Source: Massalongia carnosa (Eukaryota). From it: a DNA stretch of 64,000 nucleotides. A program made the position numbers and the translations under genes. Each line of letters starts with the position of its first letter. The first letter of the stretch is position 1. The notes under the pieces are model-generated. The model did not search any database. It was not told where the DNA came from and saw nothing but the letters and a program-made list of their open reading frames with translations. Below, piece after piece: positions 13,314-25,827 of this stretch. The stretch is from contig OZ287080.1 of assembly GCA_965645245.1 (NCBI GenBank), forward strand, positions 1,860,001 to 1,924,000, in the 5' to 3' direction.

Positions 13314-13412
13314 CGAGCAACATAAACGATGACTTACAATGTTATTAGACAAAGTTTTTCAGTTACTTCATTTTACAATTTGTCTTCAAAATTTGTTACG
13401 ATCTGTAGACAG

Positions 13413-13582
13413 TGTAACGGTTCGACCAAGCGTGGTGCGGACGGCAGGACCTACAGCGAACATAGCAGGAGTCCCAGTTATAGTAGAATAGAGCTTGGTC
13501 TGCGGACTAAGTATTGTGCCTTTTGGTCGGGAGGATAGGTGGCGCAATGGTAGAAATCTATTCACTATCTCGCTTGGTCACA
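13413..13582. mobile_element. Solo LTR, family A
   Basis: TG...CA ends, TSD GACAG, homologous to 804..974. Confidence 0.9.
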
Positions 13583-13855
13583 GACAGAGGTCATATTCAT
13601 AGTGTGAACAGTGCTTTATTTTGAAGTATATTACATGATAACTAGACAAGACGAATACGAAGAGAAAAGCATTGCTTGCTTGCAAGATTTCCTATATATC
13701 TTTTGAATGACATCTTAAGTTCAATGTGGTAAGTTCGCAGTCTAATTACATTGATTACCTATGCTACGGTCTACCTAGAGGCTAGTCATAGGGACGCCAT
13801 AAACGAAAACAATAAAGATAATAAGGAAAGATAGACTCGCAACGTCGGACTCGAC

Positions 13856-14007
13856 TACGCCGCGCAACAGGTTGGGTTTTCGCCACAAAATTGCTTTTTC
13901 GCCACCGGCTTTTTCTCTGAAAACTCAACCCGGACACCAAAAACCATAGGGTTCGCCACAAACGGGTTGGGTTTTCAGTAGAGAAACCCGACCCGTTTCG
14001 CGGCGTA
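13856..14007. mobile_element. 152-bp MITE, hAT-like
   Basis: Imperfect TIR of about 25 bp (TACGCCGCG(C/A)AAC(A/G)GGT(T/C)GGGTTT), 8-bp flanks GACTCGAC/GACTCGCC, and internal AACCCG-type subterminal repeats. Confidence 0.75.
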
Positions 14008-14286
14008 GACTCGCCCCTATAAAGCAAGGTTTTTCATAGTCCTCATGTAATAAGGTCGCGAAAGAGTTTTCCGCGCTATCTCGTGACTCCCGCCAGCCCA
14101 GCCAGCAGGTCCATCTACGGTTTCCATAGGTGCTTGATTATGTTTAGTTCCTAATCGTCGGCTCGCTTAGTGGGATCCGACTCGGAGGCCGTCGCCTCCT
14201 AGTCGGGGAAAGCGATTTGCATCCATTCAAACTGAAATTTTGACCATTTTTCACCTTTTACCCTAAACCACATTGATTTATTGATT

Positions 14287-15493
14287 CTAAATTTCATACA
14301 AAGCTCGAAAGGCATCGTCATCATCAAAGCCGTCATTAAAATCATCCCTTTGACCCCCCTGACCCCCTTGACCACACTGACCACCCTGATTATTCTGATC
14401 TTCCTGATACCCCCCATACCCCGCATCCCCCTCATAATTCGAAGCATCTCCCGATTCGAAACCTGGATCGAAAGACACAAAATCATCTCGTAGCCCTGCT
14501 TCTTCTTCTGGAATGTCCGGAATGTTCGAAATGTTCGAAATGCCTCCATTTCTAGCTTCAGTCTTATCTACAATAAATGTGACGTCTTCTTCAACATTGG
14601 CACGAGCAAATGCAGATGGATTCTTTCTGGCTTCTTTTTTCGCTTCCTCAGCTATCCACACCTCATTAGTCGCTTTCCATAATGCCTCGGGGTCAGGAAT
14701 CTCCTCATACATCTCAACTTAGATAGCACCGAGCCCTTTCTGCATCTCTTTTAGTCGTTTGACTCGATCCCTCTCTGCTTTTCGAGCAGTCACCCCTTTG
14801 ATATGAATTTCGTCTCTTTCCGTTCTCCACAACTTCATGAAGTTATTATTCTCCTTCTTCTTCTCAATTTCCTGATCTTTTTGAAGCTTTATTGCTATAG
14901 CTTGCTTCGCATCTTCAGCGGTTATTCCTAATCTTCCGATTTCAGGGCTCAATCTTTTACGAGATATTCGTCTGCTGTTTAGCTGATTCGTTCTTTGCTG
15001 CTGATACATTTCAAGCTCCGCTTCTCCGAGTATAGACTTCGAAATGATCACTTTCGTACCAGCTATAAAAGAATCAAATTCCCCTGCTCGGGCGGGATCA
15101 CTCCATTGCATAGATTCTTGAATTTTTGACCCCCATTGACGCAATCCATGTTCTATGTCGACTATATCCCTAGGTTTAATTTGACGAGGTAGAGGAAGTG
15201 AGGGCTGATCAGTCAGATCAGAATTTTTCAGACTAGAATTGTCGAGAATGAATTGTTTCAGCTGACGAATGCATGCTTCTGGATTGACCGGCCACATTCC
15301 CGAATTTTCAAATGCATGTCGGATTGTAGAAGCTTTAAATATCTGGTTTCTAATTGATGCCAGTGTTTATAGGGCTGAAATACGCCGACATCCAATGGCT
15401 GCATGCAATGAGTCAAATGTGGAATTAGTGGGTAGGGACGAATGTGATTTTCATTGGCCAGAAGTACAAATTCAGGAGTAACGTGACTGCCAT
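14287..15493 (-). pseudogene. 3' fragment of a Fot1/pogo-like transposase
   Basis: Motifs GSHVTPEF, THCMQPLDVGVFQPYKHWH and WPVNP, followed by a charged tail. Contains stops and frameshifts, and is cut 5' by an LTR-like sequence starting TGTGGAAGG near 15494. Confidence 0.85.
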
Positions 15494-15957
15494 TGTGGAA
15501 GGATGAACTAGGTGGTGTGCGTGGTCCACTACTGCTAGGAGTGCAAGAGAACAAACAAACAAGAGAAGAACAGAACAATAGAATAAGAACAATAGCTAGA
15601 CTGATCACTGTAAGCCTCGCGCCTCGTGCCTGATGCCTCGTGCCTGTGAACTGTATATGTTGATACTATGTGTTGTAGCTATTGCTACGAGCATGCTTGC
15701 TCTAAAAGGAAAAGAACTATCTATAACTAAACTAAAAAAAAGACTGTCACCTGACTTCCCCGCTACCTTTGGGAGCTTCTATACCTCAGACGTTTTCTAT
15801 TTTTCATACTACGTAGCTCCCGCAGCATTATTAGTCAGCCCTATTTGCTTACTTACATCGCCTGGCTTCTGTTCAATGAACTTGGCTTATGTTCAATGAA
15901 CATACACTATTCAACCCCACATAAGTATAGTAAATTTCTCGCTGCTTAGATGAGAAA

Positions 15958-16064
15958 ACCCCCCCCCCCGGTGCCAGCATATAAAATTTCCTCCGGCGCC
16001 AACATAGAAAAAGTACCCCCGGTGCCAACATAGAAAATTCCCCCCGGCGCCACATAGAAAACCA
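15958..16064. repeat. Tandem repeat of about 27 bp, four units (CCCCCGGYGCCAACATAGAAAA), probably subterminal to the MULE
   Basis: Directly visible, immediately downstream of the MULE stop codon. Confidence 0.8.
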
Positions 16065-16069
16065 CCCCC

Positions 16070-18313
16070 TTAGTCATCATTTTCATCTCGTCGCCGCTTC
16101 CAAAACCCCCCCGTCGCTGCCTCATCTTTCAGCTCTTGCAAGGCCTCCTCCACCCCCTGTCTTCTGATTGGGCCAGTCAATTTCTCCAGCCAGCCAAGCC
16201 ATCTCTCTATTTGAGGATTTCTTTCCTCAGCTGTCCAATCAGCGGTGTGCTCCATAACATCGTAGAATTTCTCTTTTATAGTGTCTAAAACCTCCCTCAT
16301 CTGTAGCATATGACGATCAGGTTCCTCGATATTTTCGTGACGTTCAATATTCAGTCTAGCCGACATTTTATACACCTCAAAGCCGCTATCTTCAAATATC
16401 TCGGCCCAAGCCAACCAATCGGACTCCTGAAACGTCTCGAAAACGATATGATAATGCCATAGATGCCTGCATAGAAGTTGATATTGTCGATAAAATAAAC
16501 AATCTACAGGACATGTCAGCTCATCTGGCATTTCACCTGTCGGTGCTTCACCGTCTGCTAGGCTTTTAGCAGCTAGCTTCCATTGATCAACGATAAGCTT
16601 TTGCACTGGAAAGGGAAATTTTCGTAGATGAGGGCATTCCTGGCATTCGGCCGTGCAACTAGTACGAAAGCTAGCTTTTTCAGCGCGAGCTCTATTTTCC
16701 CATTGATCCCCTACGCGAATCACATGATTTGCAGCCCCCGTTAACGAAAAAGTCATGAAATCCGCTTTACCTATTATACTAATTAATGTGGCGAATGAAG
16801 CTTCAAAAATATGACGATCTCACAATCTGCATGCTTTTTGATGGATGCATGCCAAGAGTCAACCGGATTAGTGGTCATGCATTACATCAAAAAACATGAA
16901 TGCTGACGGGCATAATTAGCCCATTGAGACTTAGTCAACATCTATTCTCGTTCTATATATTGACGTTTTTCTTCAGGTGCTGCTTTTAAAGCTTTCTTGA
17001 TACTCTTATCGCATCCGGGCTCCGGTTTCCTGAAATATAGAGCATTATATAGATGCTTTCTGGCATTTTGACATCTGGCACCACTAAGTTTTCGATTCAA
17101 CGTACGCTCTGAATAGATGCGACAAAGAAAATGTGAAACCTCCATCTCCCCTGCTATCAGGCCTTGAAAGGCAAGGCTGACGCCTCGTTGCTCGGCTGCA
17201 GAATCATCGGTGATGATTTAACGAAGTCTCCATGCCCTAGACTATTGTTTGATTTGACGAAGAAATTCTCCAATGATATCACCCTCTTTGTTGCTAGATA
17301 GCATATGAGCTCCAGGAATCTAGCTTCCATATTCGTCGCGAATCATCAGGGTAAATAATTTCCATTTCAGATGATTAGTATTATGAGTGCTATCCATCAA
17401 AGTCAAATGACACGTTTCATCAAAATTTTCAATCTAGACCTTTTTGCAAATGTTATAGCGTATGAATTTTCTCCATCAACTGCACGATTTATTTCAAGCT
17501 TTGCAACTAAAACGTCTTCGCCCAATACTTACAAAGTATCAAAACAATCCTTCAATTGATCAACCCAGGCCTCTTTAGCCCCCATTACTCGTGTAGCAGG
17601 ATGCGCTCTTTTGAAATCAATGCTAGCATTGTGAACGGCCTTGAGGTTAAAATGCGAGCCCCCTGCGTCTTTCAAGTTTCAGAATTTCCAAGCTATTTGA
17701 TGCCTTGCATATTTAGATTGACGGCGGCCGGGGTGTATCCTTTTGCCACCTCTGTGTCTGCAGTGAGTTTGATTGCGGAGTTGATTTTGATACCATCTAT
17801 ATATTCCAAAGTATGATTGTGCTCCTGCTGATCAAGCTTTTTTTTTGCATATGCATATAACCTCACCGTTAGCAGATTTTCTGCATTATCAAATTATTTC
17901 AATATAGCTAATTTTTTGCTGCAGGAAGAAGTTATTCTTAGACATTTAGCTCGAATTCCATGTCCCTTTGATTTTTTTTCGACGTAATTATTCCATAGCC
18001 TACAGTACCAATAGGATTTTTGAATCCGTTTCTTCGTCATCGCCCTTGTATGATTATGCATCTAGATATTGTCCACAAACGGCTAGAATTGTGCATATTC
18101 ATCCGCCGTCCAAATCAACTCTGCATGCAGCTGAAATGCTCGCTGACGAATCAATAACAGATTAGGTCGAAGAGACAACAAGGTGGAAAGCGGAAGCAGA
18201 GCGGAGGAAGCTGGTCCTCGGGCGACAGTCAGTTGACTGTTGACGTCTTGATTGACGGTGTCTTGATTATCAAGGTCGCTTTCGGGTTTCGTGGTATCGA
18301 AATATGAAGACAT
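16070..18313 (-). pseudogene. Degenerate Mutator-like (MULE) transposase with SWIM zinc finger
   Basis: ITDDSAAEQRGV...HFLCRIY (17210..17110), TNPVDSWHA, and CPVDCLFYRQYQLLCRH (SWIM). The 5' part is AT-rich with many stops. Confidence 0.8.
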
Positions 18314-18374
18314 GTTGAATAACTTCAAATTTGGAGCCAGCGAGGTATGATTATTGAAGACGGTGAGATGGGGG

Positions 18375-18903
18375 TATAAGAGGGACAGTAGACACTAGTC
18401 CTTATGGGTTATAATGCTCAGTATGACTGCTAATAGATTGGTAGGTGCTAAAGCTAAAAGCTGATTCCCTGAAGATAGGAATCGAGCTTTCTTTATACCC
18501 CTTGGGGTCCTATTTACTAACTACTTGTCTGGTTACCTGTCTGCCTTGTTGCCTTCAGCTGAGGTCTAGTAGATAGCCTTGCTGCCTTCAGCTGAGGTCT
18601 AGTAGATAGCCTTGCTGCCTTCAGCTGAGGTCTAGCAGATAACCTTGTTGTCTTCAGCTGAGGTCTAGCAGATAGCCTTATTGCCTTCAGCTGAGGTCTC
18701 CTAGGCGTCCCAGGCCTCCCATGAGATCGAGGCTTATCTGAATAGCTTCAGTTGCTGCCTATCAAACTGGTAAGGCTGATTGCTGATGGCTTAGTATTGC
18801 TATCCGCCTTATCATGACTAAGCATCCGGATTATCAGTCACCCGGTCTTCTTGGGTGAGTCATCCCAGGAGCTAGCGCAGTCCTGTATTGCCGCGCTACT
18901 ACA
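18375..18903 (-). mobile_element. Solo LTR, family C, containing 33-bp tandem repeats
   Basis: Near-identical to 28621..29116 with one extra 33-bp unit. Flanks GGGGG/GGGGA. Reads TG...TA on the minus strand. Confidence 0.85.
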
Positions 18904-19499
18904 GGGGAAGACGCGTCCCATGTTTATATCTGTTGAACAAAAAATCAACCAGGCATACGGCAGCGGGATGCAGGAGAAGAGGGTCTAGGGCTTTCAAGGA
19001 TAGGCAAAGAGAAGTGCTTGGCAAACGTGATGCAGGTACTCCGTATTTCCAGTGAAGATACTCCAAATTTAGCTATCTGCTGAACTGAATTCTGAACGAC
19101 TGAATAGCTAAATTATATGAGGAAGCATCGTCTCTTTATACTGCTTGAGGGCCTCCATCTCGGCCTATATCAAATGCATGAACCTGCTTCCTTTGAACCT
19201 TTTCAGCTGGGCAACATACACCTTATTGCTGACCGGAGACACCGAGACACTCAGTGATCATGAACAGCTGAATTGCCTCCGAAATGTAGCATTTTTGCTG
19301 CATACCTTTGCCTCCTCGTAGTTGCCGAAGTCGTGCCGAAATCTGAAGCTTTTCGCATATAGCATATGATTGCCTAATCTGGAAATTAGTAAGCAGGAGG
19401 CAAAAGAACCTCGGTCGCAAATATTCAGGTATCTCGGCAAATTCCAATAATATCAATATTTAGTTTTAGCCCTTACGAGGTTAGGGGGCTGACTAATTA

Positions 19500-20840
19500 T
19501 GCAGCGGGAGCTATGTGGTATGAAATTTAAAAAACGCCTGAGATTTAGAAGTCCCCCTACCTTTACCGAGTATCAGCCGAAAAGAACCAACTCCCGAACC
19601 GCTAGCAATTTGAATTTAGAGTATCACCGCTCCACCCCCCCTACAACGCCATACCAGATGGTCCACAAGACCCGTCCAAACTTAGCATATAAACTTAGCA
19701 TATTTACATGTTTTTGGCTGCAAAGCTTTAACCTTAAATAAGCAAATTCCGAAGAAGGAAAAGTTGAAAGAAAGAGCTCACATCGGACATTTGGTTGGTT
19801 ATGATGCTCGCAACATTTTTCGCATTTGGATACCATCTCAGCGGAAGGTAATTCGGACTAGAGACGTTATTTTCGATGACAGCACTAGATACGATCCTCC
19901 TGACATAGATGTCATGCAGGCAATTTCCGAGCCAATGCTGCCATTACCAGAGACGTTTGAAATTCCGAATCTTCTTACTGATTTGGCACGAATTACCGAG
20001 GTGGAATTAGATTTAGAAGATGAGATAAATCTGCATGCGGAGCAAAACCAGCAATCTATAGAAAAAGGGCAAATGCCAGCATCTGGCAATTCCCCAAATG
20101 ACTCCGCAAATGACTCCGCATCACATGACTCAGCAAAAGGCAAAACATTCGAATATTTGCCATCTCCCTTACAATCTGAAGCAACCCCGCCACCTGACCC
20201 TAAACCATCTCAAAAAGAGAAGAAAGTGATTGGTCTAGAATTGGACCCGGCAAATATCTTGCCTGAGGGGTGAGACGGGAAAGAAAAGGCAGAAAACAGG
20301 CTTATTTCGCTGCCTTGAAAGATGCCGAAAATGGAGAAGTTATCTCCTTTCATTCCTCATTTGCAGCATTTGCAAAATCATCATTCTTTACTAAATTTTC
20401 TCAGCATCGCCTACATAGTCCCTACCTGCGGAACCAAAGCATTTCGGTCAAATGCTGAAACATTCTCATTCCGCCGGATTTCAGGAAGCAATCAAAACGG
20501 AAATAAAAGCTTTGGAAGCAAAGGGCACTTGGAAGGAAATTCCTATAAATGAGGTTATTTCGAAAGATAATGTCATCATTCCTACTATGTGGATTTTCAA
20601 TTATAAATTCGACGAAGAGGGATATTTGACCAAATACAAAGCTCGCTTAGTGGCTAGGGGTGATTTTCAGAAGACTAACCAAGACACCTACGCCGCCACT
20701 TTGGCAGCTCGCATTTTCCGAGCATTAATGGCAGTTGTAGCAACATTCGATTTGGAGAGGCGATAGTATGACGCCATAAATGCATTTGCCAATAGTCCTA
20801 TAGATGAGCCCATCTATTGTAAGACACCTGAGGGATATAT
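19500..20840 (+). mobile_element. Copia internal fragment: integrase C-terminus and start of RT
   Basis: GHLVGYDARNIFRIW, TRDVIFD and WIFNYKFDEEGYLTKYKARLVARGDFQ, with stops. Fused directly to a Gypsy integrase. Confidence 0.85.
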
Positions 20841-22412
20841 AAAAGCATATATCAAATCATGAGAGAAAACTACTTCTGGTTTGAAATGAAAGATCATTGC
20901 AAACGATAAGCGGTAAACTGCTCTGTCTGCCGAAGGTCCAAAGCGTATAACGATAAAAAGCAAGGTTTATTGAATCCTCTTCCTATACCGAACAGAAAAT
21001 CGACAGATGTTTCATTGGACTTCGTCGAATTCCTTCCCGAATACCGCAGACGAAATAGAGTATATCAGCATATATTGGTAGTCATAGATCGTTTGACAAA
21101 AAGACGTTTATACGAATCTTTAACATCTCTTTCTACGGACGAATTAATGGATGCTATGGCTCGAAGATTATTCTCGTCTTATGGGTTTCCTATATCCACG
21201 GTTAATGATAGAGGAAGTCAATTAACAGCACACTTGTGGAAAAGAGTCTGCGAAAGATACGGGATAAAAATCAAGTTTTCGTCAGCGCATCATCCAGAGA
21301 CAGACGGTCAGACAGAAAACGCCATCAAAGTAATGAAGAATTACCTCAGAGCCTACGTCAATTATACACAAGACAACTGGGTAGATTACCTAGCAGACGC
21401 CGAATTCGCCGCCAACAATCACGTAAACGTCTCAACCGGGATGACACCTTTCTTCGCGGATCACGGCTTTAACCCGCGGAGTGGGATAGAACCACCAGGC
21501 CACTATGAAGGAAAAGGCAAGGCCGAAGTATTACACGCCGATAAGATTATAGAACGTCAGGAAGCAATGCGAACATGGCTAAGAGATCAGTTAGCATGGG
21601 CTCAAGAAGAACAAGCGCGGCATGCGAACAAAGATCGCCAGCCGCATCCAGAATACAAGGTAGGAGACATAGTATATGTTAATGCTAAACATTTTGCATC
21701 CGAGCGCCCGAGCAGGTCTCTAGGATTCAAAAACGCAGGCCCATGGAAGATAATCAGAATTATCGATAACAGGGCATACGAACTAGAACTTCCAGACCAA
21801 TTAATGAACGTAAGACTTACACCAATCTTTCATCCATGGAAACTCCACCTCGCGCCGTCCGACCCTTTCCCAGGACAAGTTCTTCCGCCAGGCCCACCTA
21901 TCTCGATAACAGGAAACGATGAGGAAGAATCACATGAAGAATGGGAAGTCCTAGAAGTAGTAGACTGCCGTGAGACAAGAAAATTCGGAGTTCAATACAA
22001 AGCCACGTTCGTGGGAAACTGGGACGAATGGAACGCGAACCCTTACTGGCAACCATGGACAGACTTCAAGAATTCAAAGGACAAAAATCCTCCAATACCA
22101 TCGAGAACATCCACAGAAACCCAAACCACCAGATGATCTAACAAAAATAGATGATAATCAAGAATTAGGCTAGCTGGTAGGGCGCCTGCCACTTAGCGCT
22201 TCGGAGACCTCGCCAATAGAAGGGGGGATAGTGTCAGGGTCCTAGCCTGACATAAGGCTGAGATGGAAGTGGGGATCACGGGAGCACACGAGGCTAGCGC
22301 GACACTCGGTGCAGAAATTTCTAGCGAGTCGCGCACAATAATTCTTTTATTCTTTTGTAGATAAATTTTGGTTTAATAGCGGTTGATTAGAATTGACGAC
22401 AGCTTCCTTACA
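20841..22412 (+). mobile_element. Chromovirus-type Gypsy 3' part: integrase, chromodomain, PPT and 3' LTR 22232..22412
   Basis: ORF 20970..22136 has SLDFVE, DRGSQ, HHPETDGQTE, GPW and the chromodomain EWEVLEVVD...QYK...WQP. PPT AGAAGGGGGG. The LTR is homologous to 58537..58762. Confidence 0.92.
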
Positions 22413-23051
22413 ATTCGTCTATTAGCTCAGGGCCTAGACTGTTATCAATTAACGGGTTCCTCGTATATTGCCCTCTTCTTGTCCCAAGGGTGTCCTATTT
22501 GATGACTAGGTTGCCTCCACCATCCCCGGTACGACTCCGGTTCGGGCCGTGTTGCTCACGGTAGCCATCAATCGAATGGTTTTCATAACCCAAATCCCTT
22601 GTATCGTGTAGGGTGTGACCCTACACTATGTGTCTATATGTTTTATTTCTTTCAGCCGGAGGGCTCCGTGTTGTAGACGAAGGAGACCCGTGTGATAGAC
22701 ATAGCTGACCCGTGTCGTACGTCTTTCGCTCTCAGCCGATGACTGCATGAAAGGACTTGAACCTTTAAGAGTATGACCGAACGTTGTTAACGAGGTCTAT
22801 GAAAATCTTATTAACGAGGTCTTCGAGAACAATATTAACGAAGTTCCGCTGAACTCTTTTCATTCGTTTTGTGATCCATCGAGGTCTACCCGTGTCAAAT
22901 CCACACCATGCCCGTGTCAAAATACATTATTTTCAGCTAATGACTGCTAGAAAGGACTTGAACCTCTAAAAATATGTACTCCGATATTAACGGGGTGCAG
23001 ATCTGTCTTAACGAGCCCCCGCAGAACCCCCTTCACAGGGACGTGTTATTG

Positions 23052-23187
23052 ATTTGTGACTGTGTTTTTTGTGACTGTGTTTTGTGACTGTGTGCTTGTG
23101 ACTGTATGTTTGTGACTGTGTGCTTTGTGACTGTGTGCTTTGTACAACGTGTGAATGATGACTATGTGTTTTGTGACTCTGTGTTTT
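23052..23187. repeat. Degenerate tandem repeat of about 14 bp (TTTGTGACTGTGTG)
   Basis: About 8-9 visible units. Confidence 0.85.
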
Positions 23188-23332
23188 CCTCGATTTTATT
23201 TAACAGGCCGGGCCTATTAAATGGGATATTGTTATTCTGCTCCGAGATAGATTTTTCTTGAGGTGACAGCTAGCATTGTTTTGATGCGAAGAGATAGGAG
23301 CAAATCTATATGTTTGACGGTCGCCCCACGGT

Positions 23333-23661
23333 GAGGACCGATGGTGTAGAAGGAAGAGGACCGATGGTGTAGAAAGAGGAGGACCGATGGTGTAGAAAGA
23401 GGAGGACCGATGGTGTGGAAAGAGGAGGACCGATGGTGTAGAAAGAGGAGGACCGATGGTGTAGAAAGAGGAGGACCGATGGTGTAGATAAAGGAGGACC
23501 GATGGTGTAGAAGGAGGAGGACCGATGGTGTAGAAGGAGGAGGACCGATGGTGTAGAAGGAGGAGGACCGATGGTGTAGAAGGAGGAGGACCGATGGTGT
23601 AGAAGGAGGACCGATGGTGTAGAAGGAGGAGGACCGATGGTGTAGAAGGAGGAGGACCGAT
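23333..23661. repeat. 23-bp minisatellite CCGATGGTGTAGAA(A/G)GAGGAGGA, about 14 units
   Basis: CCGAT recurs every 23 nt, with one 20-nt unit and no spacers. Confidence 0.95.
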
Positions 23662-23786
23662 CGGATGTGGTTGAATCGTGACAATAAGCATGAAAAAAGA
23701 TATCGATTAACCCCGAATATCCATAAACGCATAATTCTTCCAACCCTTCCAACCCTACCTATATAGCCAATTATTCCCACCTCTTC

Positions 23787-25669
23787 CTATGGCACATCCC
23801 CCTCATCAACTCCATGTCGCCATTGCGGTTTGAATGTACGGAGATCAGTTCTGAATGCTCGTGCCCATCCATCAGGTATGCCCAGTTGAATAGCCCGTTT
23901 ATATATATGTGAGCTCGTTTCTGACATATCTCTCAAATCCTCCAAAGACCACATCTCGTTTTGAACAATCTTCTTAACCCCATTCCATCTATCCTTGGCT
24001 CTTTGACTCTGCAATCCCTCCCCTTTCCAATTGAGGAAATCCTCCATAGCAAACTCCTCATCCTCGGGGTTGCATATGGGGCTTGACCTAGTCAACGGTT
24101 TCGAGCGAGGCCTTGGTGCCGCAGGGGGTGTGGGGATGATGGGTTCGGGGACCGAAGAAGATGATGGTTGAGAATAAACAGGAGGGGGAGGGGGGCAACG
24201 AACATTACTCATTCTTTCACCCATTCTTTCCATTTGGTCCTTCATCGATTCCTGCATACGCATTTCCATCGATTGCTTTGTGAATTGCATCATTTCACCC
24301 ATGAAGCTTTTCGTCTCATCGCGATGTTTTCTGGAATCCTCTCGTCCTTCCTGTATTCTCGTCTTCCTAGAGTTGAGACCCACCGGCCCCTATCGTAGTA
24401 TGAACCTATACAATGTTGGTGGTGGATTATCTAGGGAAGCACTGATGTCGCCGCGAGCGAGAGCCTTAGCCCAATCTCTTTGCAATGTATGAGAAAGATC
24501 ATAATGAAGCCCATCTTCATCAACGAAACAGAAGTTATTTTGATTCGTACATCGAGCATCGTGACAAACCCATCGATTCACCAATTGTCTATCAAAATCA
24601 CCTGCATTAATAAGGATCTCACCTTGATCTCGTTGACGTTCTAATAATTGATGAGTTCTAGTCCTTCGGCCGGTAGGTGTAGTAATAATAGTAGATGATT
24701 CAGTTGCATCTAGTAATATGTCAGGGGGATTTGATTGCTTCGGTTCTTCCATCGAAATTTCGATCTTAATAGTGATATCTGGTTCCATTTACGAGATTCA
24801 TCATCAATGACAATTAGAACCTTTTCCCATTCAGTCTCAGTATAATTATCAATGGTTTGATGGACATTCCTGGCCCGACTATGAATGGCCTTAATAATGA
24901 CGACGATGGAGGTCGTCGTCCATCCTTTAGTATGCCCGTTCCTTTTCTCAATCTCAGTCTCCAATGTCTGTTCGAAATTACATACACTGAAAACGCTTCG
25001 TTTTTTAGAACCTAGCGATGAGGTCCATATAACTCTACCATTGACACGAAGTCTAGCATGAACGGTCAACATAGGATCTGATACTAGATCTTCGGCCTCA
25101 TCTTCCTCAATGTTCGATGTAGTCAATTTGTCTAATTCTTTACTAACCTCTATTTCTTCCAGTCGTCGTCGTCGGGCTTCCGGTTCCCCGAATTGATTGA
25201 CCTCCGCTTCCCATTCTTCATCCTCCCTATTTCGTCTCGCTCTTGCTCGCGCGGCGGCCTCCTTGCTTCTCTCCAAATGTGCACGCCATAACACACGCTC
25301 CGCCTTCCCCTCGCGAGTATTGCCAGGAATCTTGGGCGTTTTCATGGTGAATACCGGTGTATGGTCGTCACGCGCACTCGGGCGGCGTGGAACCGGGGGG
25401 GGTCGAGGTCGAGCATCTAAGGGAGGAAACAATGGAGGGGCTGGAAGACGGGCGCCGACAGGAGGAGAAGAAGGAGGGTTAGGAGGATTAGGAGGAGGGC
25501 TCTCATGGGGACGGCGTGCACCCTGGAGCGGGGTTTGAGGGTTAGGACCAAGAGGGGTGGGCGAGCTTCGTAGGCGAGCAGGAACTTGGCGGCGACGACC
25601 CCCCCGAGTCGGCGCCGGCGGCAAAACTTGGTTAACTGGTCCCTTTTTACTCCGTCTATTTGGAGGCAT
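23787..25669 (-). pseudogene. Unknown protein of about 625 aa: Pro-rich N-terminus, Cys/His motif and helical C-terminus; one frameshift and one stop
   Basis: ORFs 24710..25669, 24390..24788 and 23787..24383 are colinear, and the last two share a frame across a TAG. Motif WVCHDARCTNQNNFCF...HYDL...WAKAL...PP. Confidence 0.6.
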
Positions 25670-25827
25670 AATAATTTCTATAGATGTCTACCAAATTATA
25701 AAAATATGTTAGGATTTTGGTGTAGGGAATATCTAGGAAAATTAAGATTTTGGAGTTTGAATGGTGGGGTCATGTTGGTGGTATGTGTTTTCATAAGCGA
25801 AATTGCAAATCATTTTGCATACGCTAA

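Larger units (their letters stand above)
22413..25827 (-). mobile_element. Unclassified element with a hairpin terminus, one long broken ORF and minisatellites
   Basis: Its terminal 61 bp (25767..25827) is identical to 59516..59576 in reverse. It truncates an NLR gene at 25828 and is cut by a Gypsy LTR at 22412. Confidence 0.6.

Noticed and set aside
14287..14480. G/Q/N-rich tail as an amyloid signalling motif
   Set aside because: It is the low-complexity C-terminus of a broken transposase and is not linked to an NLR.
23200..23780. Three overlapping repeat proteins, or a CRISPR array
   Set aside because: The ORFs are a by-product of a stop-free 23-bp tandem repeat. There are no unique spacers or cas genes, and the context is eukaryotic.
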